From Octopus vulgaris (taxonomy: Eukaryota): 64,000 nt of DNA. Shown here in pieces: positions 12,575 to 25,904 of this stretch. A model generated the notes under the pieces. That model was given only the letters and a program-made list of their open reading frames with translations, did no database searches and had not been told where the DNA came from. Location: positions 77,810,001 to 77,874,000 of the forward strand of contig OX597814.1 of NCBI GenBank assembly GCA_951406725.2, written 5' to 3'. Numbering within the stretch: position 1 is the first letter of the stretch; each line of letters opens with the position of its first letter. Both the position numbers and the translations under genes were made by a program.

Positions 12575-13106
12575 GTAATTACCAATGTTTATAGTACATC
12601 ACATACAAGCTCACTCAAACATATATGTACACATGTGTGTGTGTGTGTGTTTTAGATGAATACACATGCATATATGTGTGTTCATTTTTGTTCTGTGTTC
12701 ATTTCACACTTGTTTTTCCATACCAACACTGGTTAGGTGAATGTTATTGTGGCATTGTTTTACAGCCGGATGCCCTTCTCATTGCTAACTCTTATCTGTT
12801 TCTCAAGTATCCCCTATTCTACATGGCTTCAGAGGTGTGAACTGAGCAGATGATTTGTTGACAAGAGAACAGACAAAAACAACACTACTTGCCACACATT
12901 TCTTCCAGTTTCATTCAGTTTGGATGTCCTTCTTAGATCCTTTATTCCACACAGCTTCAAAGGTATGAAACAAGTGCACAGTTTACTGATTGGACAATGA
13001 TAACAACAATGATACCTGTTGCAACTTTTGTATAGGTGATTGCAGAGTTTAAAAAACACACAGACATGCATGCTCACACACTGACACATACATACCTGTA
13101 TATATA

Positions 13107-14155
13107 CAGTATGCAGTGAATAAATTGTTGCCTAAATTACACAGAAATGAAAATAACACTGACATCTCATTTTAACAAATATATTTACCAAAATTACATA
13201 AAAATATATTGAAATACTGAAAAGTAAATTTATTCAATAAAATCGCCATTGGCTCCATGGCCTCCAGACGACTTCGGAATCTTCTTCAACTCTTCTGGAC
13301 AGTCTCCTTGTTTAAGTTGGTGAATACTGCCATAATCCATTTTTCCAGTTTGTCTTTGGTGTTACAAGGAGTTTTGTTGGTCTCTTGCTCAGCTGCATCC
13401 CACACACTCTGTGTTGAGTCTGAAGCTATGTGGAAAGATGAATGGAAGCATAACATCACTCACACTAGTGATCATTCCAAACACCATGATGTTGACTGGA
13501 TGTTTGATTAGTATCACTCTCGGTCCATGTTTTGGGGACACAACAAGCCAACGGTTGTTCTGTGTGTTCACCATCTGATCCTGGCAGAAATTTTTCTCTT
13601 CTGAGAAAAACCAAAACCTGTTCAGTTAGAGGGGATGTTTGAGTTTGTTCAGAAGCTTTGTAGCATTGTCTTTCCTCTTGTCCTTGATAGCTTGGAATAA
13701 AAATTTCTCATCTTATGTTAGGAATACTGAATGTCTTCATGCACTACCAGCCTGATAAGGAACTCAGACACTCCTATGTCCCTGGCAGTGGACCTGATTG
13801 ACTTGGAAGGATTGTTGTCAATCATGGTCTGGATCTCACTACAATTTCAGGAGTTCTTTTCTTATCAGAATGATCAGAGTGTGTTTTCTGAGCTGCTGTA
13901 CCTTTGTAATTATCATTAGACTTATCCAACTATTTCCAAATCCTCTGCACTGTTTTGGAGCTTCTGGTGTGAATGCCAAGCAGTACATCACGTCGTTTCC
14001 AAGTTCCTGGCAGAGTGAATTGCGTCATGGTGCTGTTTTTCTCACAGATGGTGCCCAACTGACTCTACTATACTGTGTAATTGACAGAATCAAAAACAAT
14101 GTGCATGCACGAAATTAAAAAGATAAAATGGTGACAATTTACCCGTTATACTCTG
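13107..14155 (-). mobile_element. Decayed Tc1/mariner element (maT/DD37D-like)
   Basis: TA flanks and imperfect TIRs CAG..TAAATTGT. The minus frame NTQNNRW..KHPVNIMVFGMIT..MLPFIF..RLN resembles a transposase. Confidence 0.7.
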
Positions 14156-16635
14156 TATATATATTTAGATGTGTGTGTGTGTATATATATATATGTGTTT
14201 GTGTGCATATATATATATATGTTAGTAATGGTAAGACAACGAAAGAATGAATGAGACCTCGGTATTATGTAAATAGAGGAATTTATCAGTAATTATATTA
14301 CAGATATATACACACACACACACCCACATATATATTAATGGAGCATAAGTGCAAAGCAGTGTTTAGGTATGAGTAGAATGTTTGTCACATATTTAAACTG
14401 CTAAAGGCAAATACACTGCAGGTATTGTGGAGAAAAAAATCTCTCTTAAAGTAAAATGGTGTGAAAACGGTAAAAAATCAAACTGTTCAAACCACAAAAA
14501 GTCCAATAGCAGTTGTTTCCAACAAAAATTTCTGAATTTTCTGCCCCACAGGGCAAAAATGGAAGTTCACAGATTAACAGAAGTTCAAATTTCAACAGGT
14601 ACAACAAACAGTGCAATAACAAAGAAACATTAGATAATAACAGATAGAACTCACAAACAAGCAACAGCCAAAGGGAGATGTAGCTAAGAGGTGATTCTTT
14701 ATTATGAATATTTACATTCGAACATTGAAAGGACAATACAGGACATTACAAAACATTTAAAGATGGCTTGGTGAGCTTATTTGATGACTTTAAAAATATT
14801 TTATATATATATATCATCATCATCATCATCATCATCATCATTTAACGTCTGCTTTCCATGCTAGCATGGGTTGGACAATTTGACTGAGGACTGGCAAATC
14901 AGATGGCTGCACCAGGCTCCAATCTGATCTAGCAGAGTTTCTACAGCTGGATGCCCTTCCTAATGTCAACCACTCCGAAAGTGTAGTGGGTGCTTTTATG
15001 TGCCACTGACATGAGGGCCAGTCTGACAGTACTGGCAACAGCTACGCTCAAATGGTGTTTTTTATGCCACCTGCACGGGAGTCAGTCCAGCGACACTGAC
15101 AACGACCTCGCTCGAATGTTTTGTTCACCTGCTACCGGCATAGGTGCCAGTAAGGCGATGCTGTTAATGATCATGCTCAAATGGTGCTTTTTACGTGCCA
15201 CCAGCATGGAAGCCAGACAGCTGCTCCGGCAGTGATCCTGCTCAGATGGAGCTGTTAGCGCTCCACTGGCATGGGTGCCAGTCATCGAATTTGGTTCAAT
15301 TTCAATTTCGAAATCGTATATATACAATTAAAATGACTTATGTTAAATACAGGTTGAATTTATTGGGTGTTTTTATTATTGATTTCTGTCTGTCATACAG
15401 TGAAAATATGAGTCTTTTGAGTCTGCCAATGACTTGATAATTGTTTGTCACTGCTGGGATCACAAACTTATGATTTCAAAGTGTCAGGACAATTGCATAG
15501 CTAAACATCCAGTTATTCGTATTTTGTTGTTTGATCCTATAGCAGATCTGATCAATTAGAGTTATGTTCTGAGCTTTCCAGCCATGGCTATTCTTTCTGT
15601 TTTCAGATAATGTATCTAGGTGTACATTAACCAATTTGCCTTTTTTCCATAGATGGTAAGGTGTGGTTTTAGGGAAACTAGGGTGCTTTTTTTAGCAACT
15701 TAAGATACCTTGTAGAGGCTCTTACTGTTGGCTTGTTCGATTAATTTTGTGTGTTTTTTTGCGGGGGTAATGTGGAGTGACACAAGATCTTAGTAAGCAT
15801 TTTGATTTCTAGCTGGATCTCCAAGAAGAAAGTTTGAAGTTAGACATGTCTTCTACTAATGAAATCCAGATGATTAATCATCATGTGGGGAGAATTAGTA
15901 ATGAAGAAAATGTTGAGTTGTGATGCTATTTATCATATTTGAATGTGACAAATATTGATTGTTGATAGCAATGACTGAGAGAGAAAGAGAGAGATAGAGA
16001 AGGAGAGGGAGAGAGGGGGTAGAAAGAAGGGAAAGAAAGAGAGAAGTGAGTGAGAGGATATTTTTGTCCTTTACTTGTTTCAGTAATGGAACTGTGGCCA
16101 TGCTGGGGCACAGCCTTGAAGGGTTTAGTCAAACAAATAACTCATAGTACTTATTTTTTTAATCCCAGTACTTATTCTGTCAGTATCTTTTGCTGAGCCA
16201 TTAAGTTATGGCAACACGAACAAACCAACACCATTGTCAAGAGGTGGATGGGGAACAAACTCAAGCAAAGACACTCACTCACTCACTCATGCACAAACGC
16301 ATGCACACACACATGCATGCACACACACACACACACACACATACATACAACGGGATTCTTCCAGTTTCCATCTACCAATTTGGTCAGCTTGAGGGCATGG
16401 TAAAAAACTCTTGTATGGTAAGAACCTTGCTTCCCAACCACACAGCTCTGCTTGACAATTGGTGTTGGTGTGCTTACATTGCCATAACTGAGCAGTTCAG
16501 CAAAAGAAACTGATAGAATAAGATCTAGGATTGAAAAAAAATTCCTGTGGTTGATTTGTTCAACAAAAAACCCTTCAAGGCAGTACCCTAGGATGGCCAC
16601 AGTCAAATGACTGAAAAAAGTAAAAGATATATATA

Positions 16636-17676
16636 CATGGGGAAGTCAAAAATTATCTGTACTTTCACCATAACATATCTTTATTATTACCACACTGCCT
16701 TCTGCGCATGTTTGCTTATAGTTGGTACTATTGTGGTCATGTGATCGAAGTTTGAGCCTGGTCACGCCATTTTTCTTTCTGGCTTTACAGTGTAAGCATG
16801 GCCACTTCACCAGCAGTGTGCACCAAAGAAAAACAAAGGGGCATGGTTCTGTCTGTCAAATCATTCACGATCAGCTCAACTTCCATAAAGTCTGTGCAAG
16901 ATGGGTGCCAAGAGAGCTTACTGTAGAGCATAAGTGCAAATGTCTTGAGGTCTGTCAACATTTACTTGATCGCTACAACTATGAGGGTGAGGAATTTTTA
17001 TGCAGAATTGTCACGAGAGATGAAATGTGGGCCCAGCATTAGGAGGCCGAATCCAAAAGGCAGAGTATGAAGTGGAAACCTCCTGGCTTGCCAGCAATGA
17101 AGAAATTCAAGACTCAGTCTTCTGCAGAAAAGGTGATGTTAACCCTGTTTCAGGACTCAAAAGGGCTTATACTGGAAGTTTAACTGGAAAAGGGGTGTAT
17201 GATCAACTGTGCAAGATACAGTGCTTTGCTGGCCAACAAACTGAAGCCAGCAATTAGCACTGAATGCTGAAGCCTATTGTCGAAGAAAGTTTTGTTGCTG
17301 CATGACAATGCACACCCACACATGGCCACTCAGACCATTGAAACCATTAACCAATTGGGTTTTGATGTGTTGGAACACTCTGCCTACAGCCCAGATCTCA
17401 CCCTTTCTGACTGTCTCATATTTAGACTGTTGAAAGATGGTTTATGAGGTTGTCGATTTCCTACAAATGAAGATGTGAAAGAGGTGGTGCATAAATAGTT
17501 GCACAACAAACTGGAAACTTTCTTCTTGGAGGGAATACGCAAGCTTGTGGACCCCTAGACCAAGTGCATCGAAAAGGAAGGAGACTATATAGAAAAATGA
17601 CATACTTGTTTATACCCTGCTTTTGTGTATAAACACTGAAAAAGTAAGAGTGCGTATAATTTTTGACTCTCCCTTG
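16636..17676 (+). mobile_element. Decayed mariner element
   Basis: TA flanks and TIRs CA.GGG..AGTCAAAAATTAT. Motifs KVCARWVPREL, IVTRDEMW, LHDNAHPH and AYSPDL. Internally deleted, with stops. Confidence 0.9.
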
Positions 17677-18464
17677 TATATATGTATGTGTGTGTATATA
17701 TATTATAATTATCATCATTTAACGTCCATTTTCCAGGCTAGTATGGGTTGAACAGTTTGACAGGGGCTGGCAAGTCAGAAAGCTGCACCAGGCTCCAGGT
17801 GTCTGTTTTGGTGTGGTTTCTATGGCTGCACTTTACAGAATGTACTTGGTGGTACCTTTTTACATCACACAGCTACATTCTGTAACGTGCAGCCATAGAA
17901 ACCACACCAAAACAGAGGAATCAGAAAATTCACATCGTGAATGTTCCGAAAGAGTTTGACCCGGGCATAAAAACAAAAAAAAAATAGTGTAATAGGTGTA
18001 AAACAACTTACTCTATATGAATATGACAAAAAATGCGCGCTCACGAAGGGAGGTGGGGGAGAGGACTCGGAAAATTCACATTGTGAATGTTCCAAAAGCA
18101 TTTGACCTGGGCACAAAAAAAAAAAAAAAAATAGTGTAATAGGTGTAAAACAACTTGCTCTAAACAAATATGGTGTTTTTTAATCACACCAGTACTGATG
18201 CCTTTTATGTGACACTAGCACAGGTACTTTTTATGTGGCATCAGCACTAGTGGGTTTGCGAAATAACTTGCATGACAAAGACCTCTTATTTGAGAGAGGG
18301 AATGGAACCGAGAGAATTGTCTGTGTGTTAGGTGAGCAGTTAGAGTATGATAGAGGGACAGGGAGAATTGTGTTACTGTAGAGGAGGTACTTGGCTACTC
18401 CAGTAGGACAAGGAAGGAAAAGGAAGGTGGGAGAGAGTTAGAAAGCTAGAGAGACAGTCAGAGT

Positions 18465-18523
<59 letters not shown>

Positions 18524-18599
18524 TATTGGAGATGTAATGGGACCTGCTCACAGTGAATAGTGGGGGGGTGGTGGTATAAGGTATACAAAAAGAATAGAG

Positions 18600-18930
18600 G
18601 TGCCTGTTTCATAAGAGTGTGAGGAGATATGTTTATGGATGGGGGAAGATATGACTGTAGCAAGTATCTAACCAGAGGCAGTAAATTTGCCACAATAGAA
18701 GCAAGGTTTGAGTCAACGGAGTGTGCAAGAGAGTACTCGACTCGAACCTTGCAAAGTGGAAATATTTTATTTTTACCTTTATATCTGGGACATAGGATGT
18801 CCCAGATAAAAATTAAAAATGTCCCCCCAGGAGTAGAGGTAGGCTGGATTGTAGCCACACTTCTATACAAGAGGGAGGACAAGATACAATTGATTGAAAT
18901 TGCAAGACGGGCCTATAATTCCAATCTGTT
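18600..18930 (+). mobile_element. Possible LINE (L1/Tx1-like) ORF1 fragment
   Basis: The 114-aa ORF has an RRM-like pattern (ATIEARFES..LPLYLG..IKIKNVPPGV). It is intronic and has no splice context. The assignment is from memory only. Confidence 0.35.
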
Positions 18931-19070
18931 ATATATTTTGAGTATTGTTATCACTAGCGATATCAAGATATAACTTTGTATTTTGTATTTTATGTGTAGA
19001 TGTATATATATATAGATGTACATGTAATATGTACACATATATATATACACATATATACATGCACTACCAC

Positions 19071-19103
19071 TATGACCCGGCAACGCCGGGTCATAATGCT
19101 AGT
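19071..19103 (+). mobile_element. Isolated Helitron 3' terminus
   Basis: Perfect hairpin ATGACCCGGC-AAC-GCCGGGTCAT followed by AATGCTAG|T. Confidence 0.75.
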
Positions 19104-19208
19104 ATATATTAAGAGGGAGAGAAAGAGAGAGAGAGAGAGAGTGTGTGTGTGTGTGTGTATGCGTGTGTTGATTTGTTGATCACACCTTTTTGTTTGTCTT
19201 TTGTCCAG

Positions 19209-19325
19209 ATCAACACTTTGAGAATTTCTCACCAGAAAGAACTTCACAAAATTCTAACAGAACAAGCTTTGAAGAATTCCACCAGTTCTTCTGTGCAACT
19301 TCAGTGTAAAGTTGATGCCCAGCAG
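19209..19325 (+). CDS. CEP162: CEP162-like internal coding exon
   Basis: TGTCCAG acceptor. INTLRISHQKELHKILTEQALKNSTSSSVQLQCKVDAQQ resembles the vertebrate CEP162 HQ.E..K.L...A..NS.S...L..K...Q segment as I recall it. CAG|GTAATT donor, phase 0/0. Confidence 0.88.
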
Positions 19326-19809
19326 GTAATTGTATACAACTTAGAAAGAAAAATTTTTCATTTGTTGGTTGTTATTCAGATAATTTGTTGCGATTCGAAA
19401 TGACTGGCTCAAGGAAATCTATTGAACGAATGACATTAATTTACAAGAAAGCTGGAACACAAGGGTGTTGTGTTGTTATTTAGCCTTAGGTCCACCCTGT
19501 ATGAGAAGTCATTTGATCAAAGGCATTCCAGCTATGACCATCTTATCCTTCTCTTGGCCATTGCATGTCTAGGGCTGCATTATCCAATGTGTGCTTTCCT
19601 TTTCAATATGATTAGATTTTACTACCTTTTCTAGTAAATTGACTATGTAGAACCTTCTTTGCCAGAGGTATTGAAGAGATAGCAATGCTGATATGACTGA
19701 ACATATGATGTGATTGGACAATATCATCATCATTATCTTCATCTTTTAACATCTGTCTTCTGTGCTAGCATGGGTTGGACAGTTTGACAGGAACTGGCAA
19801 GCTGGAGAG

Positions 19810-19861
<52 letters not shown>

Positions 19862-19980
19862 GAGAGATAATGGTGTCAAGAAGACTCAAAGGTGTCAGGT
19901 AATGCTGAGTAACTGCTATGGTTCAGTGATTATGTGAATGAGGAGTCCAACGTAGGTCATATATCAGCATGTGTATGTAT

Positions 19981-20175
19981 AAAAAAATTAACAGAATGAG
20001 ATAAAAATCCAAGGCTATGAAAGATTTCAGAACATTTATAAATAGAAAGTCTTACACTGTCTCCGATTAAGGGATATATAAAATATCCCGGAAACAGCAG
20101 TAAGACCTTCTATTTATAAATGTTCTGAAAGCTTTCATAGCCTTGGATTTTTATCTCATTCTGTTCATTTTTTTT
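19981..20175. repeat. Fold-back (~80-bp arms) centred on a decayed hammerhead-like motif
   Basis: The arms are reverse complements of each other. The centre reads GTCT-CCGATTA-A-GGGATAT..ATATCCC-G-GAAAC-AGCA-GTA-AGAC. Confidence 0.85.
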
Positions 20176-20432
20176 AATATATATATAAATATTAAAGGAA
20201 ATAGAGAAATACAATTGACATATAAAAAATTTATTTACATTATAATATAATTATACTATGAAAAGATATAATATAATATAATATATGATATAATATAATA
20301 TAACAAATAGTTAAAACTATATATAAACTGTTGCTTTTAATGTCATGTGACATCTGTGTACTAACATTTAGCTTTTATTTGTTTATGTTTCATTTTTGTT
20401 TTTTTAAGCAATTTACATTTCTAAATTTACAG

Positions 20433-20582
20433 GTGTTAATAGACCATCTCCAAGAACAACTTAGAAATGCTCAGGTGGATGCTGAAAAGTTGTCTGAACT
20501 TAAAGTACGTGAAGTCGTATTAGAGGCTCACATACAGCAGTTGCAGGATGAATTAGCTGAAGCAAAAAGCACACATTCTCCA
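20433..20582 (+). CDS. CEP162: CEP162-like penultimate coding exon
   Basis: TTTACAG acceptor. VLIDHLQEQL..KVREVVLEAHIQQLQDELAEAKSTHSP matches the recalled CEP162 pattern VLI.H.Q..VRE..L..EL.EAK..H.P. Donor CCA|GTAAGT. Confidence 0.9.
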
Positions 20583-21300
20583 GTAAGTTCGGTTCATTAA
20601 TGAATTAAAGGTTAAGGTTGCTGAACATGATATAATCTTTTCTACCCTAGGCACAAGGCACAAAATTTTTGTGGAGTTGGGGGGCAAATCAATTAGATCG
20701 AACCCAGTACACAACTGGTACTTAATTTATCAACCCCAAAAGGATGAAAGGCAAAGTCGACCTCGATGGAATTTGACCTCAGAATGTAAAGACAGACGAA
20801 ATATCGCTAAGCATTTTGCCCAGTGTGCTAACGTTTCTATCAGCTCAATGCCTTAACATGGAATAAGGACCAAAGGAGTGATAATTTCAAATCTTTTATC
20901 TTTTTTGTTTATCTCTTACTTGTTTTAGTCATTGGATTGCGGCCATGCTGGGGTACTGTTTTGGAGAATTTTGGTTCAACAAATTGACCTCAATACTTAT
21001 TTTCAAGTCTTGTACTTATTTAATCAATCTCTGTGGCCAAACTGCTAAGTTACAGGGATGTAAACAAACCAACACCTGCTGTCAAGTAGTGGGGTGGGGC
21101 GCACATACACAGAGACAAAGACACGGATGAACACCATTCCTCCATGTGATCAGCTTGAAAAATTGTTAAGATATTAAGATATTTTTCTTAATATGAAATC
21201 AATGGTAGCTTTAATACACTAATAAAGAAATTTTATCCACCATTGTCGTGTTGAGTACTCATTCTCATTGTTCAACATTTATGTGTGTGTGTGTATATAT

Positions 21301-21660
21301 ATCATCATCATCATCATCATCGTTTAACGTCCGCTTTCCATGCTAGCATGGGTTGGACGGTTCAACTGGGGTCTGGGAAGCCCGAAGGCTGCACCAGGCC
21401 AGTCAGATGTGGCAGTGTTTCTACAGCTGGATGCCCTTCCTAACGCCAACCACTCCGAGAGTGTAGTGGGTGATTTTATGTGCCACCGACACAGGTGCCA
21501 GACGAGGCTGGCAGACGGCCACGCTCGGATGGTGTTTTTTATGTGCCACCGACACAGGTGCCAGACGAGGCTGGCAGACGGCCACGCTCGGATGGTGTTT
21601 TCTTATGTGTCACCGACACAGGTGCCAGACGAGGCTGGCGGACGGCCACGCTCGGATGGT
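21301..21660 (-). mobile_element. RTE 3'-end fragment with three ~62-bp tandem units
   Basis: (CAT)n + TTTAACGTCCGCTTTCCATGCTAGCATGGGTTGGAC. The unit GTGCCACCGACACAGGTGCCAGACGAGGCTGG.. occurs three times. Related tails lie at ~14815, 17710, 19730, 25665 and 35385. Confidence 0.8.
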
Positions 21661-22489
21661 ATATATATGTTCCATTCATATATATAACTGGCACTCTGTT
21701 GGTTCTGACGACGAGGGTTCCAGTTTATTTGATCAATGGAACAGCTTGCTTGTGAAATTAATATGCAAGTGGCTGAGCACTCCACAGACATGTGTACCCT
21801 TAATGTAGTTCTCAGGGAGATTCAGCATGACACAGAGTGTGGTAAGGCTGGCCTTTTAAAATACAGGTACTACTCAATTTATCATTATATACTTATATAT
21901 GTATGCATGCATACATACATGCATACATGCATACATACACACACATACATACATATATACATACATACATACACACACACACATGCATACATACATACAT
22001 ACATACATACATACATACATACATCTGTTTTTGTGTGTGTCTTTGTGTCTGTGTTTGTTCTCCATCATCACTTGACATCTAGTCCTGGTGTGTTTACGTC
22101 CCTGTAACTTAGCGGTTCAGTAAAAGAGGCTGATAGAATAGGTAGTAGGCCTAAAAATAATAAGTAAGTCCTGGGGTTGATTTGTTCTATCAAAACCCTT
22201 CAAGGTGGTGCCCCAGCATGGCCACGGTCAAATGGTTGAAACAAATAAAAGATAAATGATATGTGCATTGTTTTAGTGGGTGCCTGCATATACTTGAATG
22301 TGTATAATTTACTGTGGTCGTATCAGCCATAGCTCTGCGCCCTCATCTTGCTTGCCACTTGAGTAACTGTATTATAAGAAAAACAGTTTGTATATCAAAG
22401 AAGGTACAAGTGGAATCAGTGTTTTTATAGCTGGTTGCCATTACTGATGCTAGTTAAAAGATAGTAATTTTTTTTCTTTTTTGCTGTCA

Positions 22490-23000
22490 CCCATCAACTT
22501 CATCTCCATCACCACCATCATTATCATTCATCACCAGCAGTGCTCACCACCACCCACCACCACCACCACCTCCGCCACCACTACCACCACTCACAGCTGC
22601 TGCCATCACTCACTGCTGCCGCCACCACCACCACCACCACCACTATCACAGCTGTTGCCAACACCACCATTATCATAGTCATCATGTATTTGTCATCACT
22701 GTCAGTAGCAGCATCATGGTAATAAACACCACCACCATTACTACCCTCATTGGATATAGGAGGTGCGTCATATTCACCATCATGATCACAAACATTATCC
22801 TTATTACTACAGTTGTTATCAGTTTGATGATAATAATAATAATAATAATAATAATCACCATCATCATTACTACTGCCACCTCCACCATCACAGCCACCCC
22901 TACCACAACCACCACCATCACCACTGCCAACGACAACACCAACACCACCAACATCACCACTAACATCACCACTGTTATCATCATTATCATTTTACTGATG
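22490..23000. repeat. Degenerate (CAC/CAT/AAT)n trinucleotide low-complexity tract in the last CEP162 intron
   Basis: Seen directly. It generates spurious poly-T/H/I/V ORFs. Confidence 0.9.
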
Positions 23001-23071
23001 ATGCATTTTAAAATTGCAATTTTATTAATTTTTGTTTTTCTTCTATTTTACTTCCTTTAACATTCATATAG

Positions 23072-23359
23072 GAAAGGCAGCATTTCCAGAGTCTTGTTGA
23101 GAAAATACAAGAACTAGAAAAGAAACAGGATGCTCGTGAGAAAGAAATGCTGAGTGTGATGAAGAAAGGCAGCTGTTTACCATTTTCTGAGTTGGAGAAG
23201 GAAGTGGAGAAATGGAAGAAAGTAGCTGAAAGCAAAAATGCAGATATTGAAAAGTATCGCGTTGAATTAGATTCAATGCTCAGTATGTTGACCTCCCTAA
23301 AAGCAAGTGCTGCATTCACATCCCAAAATAAATATATGACAGCAACAATGTATAGATAA
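23072..23359 (+). CDS. CEP162: CEP162-like terminal coding exon with stop
   Basis: ATAG acceptor. ERQHFQSLVEKIQELE..KEVEKWKKVAESKNADIEKYRVELDSMLSML resembles the recalled CEP162 C-terminus KEVEKWK.LA..KN.ELEKFR.ELDSIL. TAA stop. Confidence 0.9.
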   Translation, partial: ERQHFQSLVEKIQELEKKQDAREKEMLSVMKKGSCLPFSELEKEVEKWKKVAESKNADIEKYRVELDSMLSMLTSLKASAAFTSQNKYMTATMYR

Positions 23360-23628
23360 CACTGTGTAATACAATTTTTGTCCTTGGATAGCAACTGGTA
23401 TTTCCTATTTTCTTATCCCTATAAAGTGTGAAAACTGGTTAATATTTCCTTCAAACTGTGCTATTGTTACATTTATTCAAACCTCAAAGAATCTCTCTCA
23501 ACTAATGGCTATGATGCTCCCCTACAGTCACTAACTGATATGCTCAAGTGGTTATGGTCAAACAACTAACAAGCAGTAACTCTATTAAGGGTCGTAGGAA
23601 TTGTGAGAGAAAATATGATATTTCGAAC

Positions 23629-25645
23629 ATGCAACCACATATCAGAGACATGACAGAAACAACAGCACTCGAGTACATTGAAACTGAAAAAGTCCTTAAT
23701 GCTCACATGGGGATGTGAGTATCATTCTCCAGTCTGTGAAACGCACAGCGAACAGTTTCATAACTACCAACAATGAAATCCCACCCCTATATGGCCTTCG
23801 AAAAGATCATAAGAGCCACATGGATCGTATACTTGGGCCACCTACCCGACCTTTTTGTGGTGCCAACAATGCAAACAACCACAAAATATATTTTCTCTCA
23901 CAATTCCTACGACCCTTAATAGAGTTATCTGCGGATGTGATAGTACTGAAGACCTCCTTAGCAGGATCCGCGAATGCAACAACACATGTAACCTCAGTGA
24001 CTACATCGTAGGTAGCATGGATGTAGTATCACTATATCCTTCCATTGATGTAGACTTTACTGTCGAAAAATGTATAGAGATAATTAGTGAGAGTAATATG
24101 ATATTTAAAACTGTGGTCGTATATGAACTAGGGCTCTTCCTGGCCCTGACTTATACCGATGAATATCTGTCACACAATAATCTTTTATATGTTTGTCCCA
24201 CCCGTAACAAACGAGGTAGACCACCTACCATTACCTCAGTATACAAAAAGACCCACTGTGAACGCTGGACGAAGCCAGACTACCCACCTTCAGATGCACA
24301 CGACATCAGAACTACTATCGCACATGCTATCGGTATCAGCCTTAGAACTACGCTTAAAACCCATATTTTTAAGTTTAACAACAAACTGTATAAACAGACA
24401 AAAGGCGGTGCTATTGGAGTAGGGATTGCCGGTGATGTTGCTAACCTCTTCATGGTATGGTGGGACAGACATTTTAAACAGTGCCTAGCTACCTGTAACA
24501 TCCACTTAGCTATGTACTCTCGATACGTTGACGACATTAACCTTGTGAAACGTAATAGTAATACAGACACAGATATAGACTCTCTACTACATGAAGAACA
24601 GGTGATGACAGCTATACAACACATAGCTGACTCTATCCATAGCAGTATAAAAGTTACTGTAGACTACTCCTCTAAACACCCCAGTAATAGATTACCTGTC
24701 CTAGATACTGAGTTGTGGATAGAAAATACTATGGTTAACGGTACTGTTAAACCCTGTTTACTCTATTCACATTATTGTAAACCTATGGCTAATCCACTGG
24801 TAATTCGTAGTGACTCAGCGATGTCGAGTACTACCAAGCTCAGCATCCTAGTGGCAGACTTAGAGTAATGAAGAATGTATCCCCACTATGCCAACCACAA
24901 GGACGACAACAACACATCCAGCACTACATATACCGAATGCAACGTTCTGGATACACACAATACGATAGAATCAGAGTGTACAAAGGAGCGAAAACAAGAT
25001 TCGAACGCATTCTAAGAAATGACGAAAACGGTATATGTCCCCCTATACTGCAACAAGTTCTGGAATAGGTTAGAGAGGGACACCAATAAAAGAAATAAAA
25101 CCAATACTTGGTATGATAACAAGAAATTTCACAATGTAATGTTTGTTGACGCCACACCGAAGAACAAATTAAGTAAGGCATTTAAGAAAATCCTGCGCAC
25201 AACTGGCCTTAAGATCAAATTTGTAGAAAATACAGGTAGGACTATCAAATCTGTATCATATCTATTTGATAGAATCACTTGTCAAAATAATTGTGCAGTA
25301 TGTTCTACATATCCACATGTGAACTGCAAAACCAAGAGCACTGTATACCAAATTAAGTGCCAAGAAGGAGCTTGCGTGACCAACCCTGGGTCATACATAG
25401 GTGAGTCTTCTATGAGTATCAATGATAGGTTCAAAGAACACCTGGACAACTACATTAAAAAGAAACCAAACTTCATCTTCTATCAGAATGCTGTAGACTG
25501 CCACAAGGGCTCCTTAGGGAGACTTAAGTTAAACATCTTATTCACACATCCCACTGATGCAATTCTGAGACAGGTCACTGAAGTTGTCTGTATACAAGAA
25601 TACAAACCTACTCTCAACCGAAAATCCGAATGGGGTAACATCTAG
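23629..25645 (+). mobile_element. Penelope-like retroelement (RT + C-terminal GIY-YIG), frameshifted and truncated
   Basis: LYGLRKDHK..GPPTRP, GSMDVVSLYPSI, GGAIG, WWD, RYVDDI and LPVLD motifs. Cys-rich linker CQNNCAVC. GIY-YIG motifs VYQIKC..YIGES..RFKEH..RQVTE..PTLN. Confidence 0.92.
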
Positions 25646-25904
25646 ATTCCACTCAGGAGTCACCATCATCATCATCGTTTAACGTCCGTTTTCCATGCTA
25701 GCATGGGTTGGACGGTTCAACTGGGGTCTGGGAAGCCAGAAGGCTGCGCCAGGCCCAGTCTGATCTGGCAGTGTTTCTACGGCTGGATGCCCTTCCTAAT
25801 GCCAACCACTCCATGAATGTAGTGGGTGCTTTTTACGTGCCACCTGCACAGTACCATTCTATAACCACCCCTCTCTCTCATTTACATGTGGTAATCCATA
25901 CATA

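Noticed and set aside
22481-23060. His/Thr/Ile/Val-rich ORFs, and the many VCVC/YIYI/HTHT ORFs elsewhere
   Set aside because: These are translations of microsatellites.
23716-23718. In-frame TGA in the Penelope-like ORF as selenocysteine
   Set aside because: Homology continues in another frame. A 1-nt deletion from TGG-AGT explains it, and no SECIS is visible.
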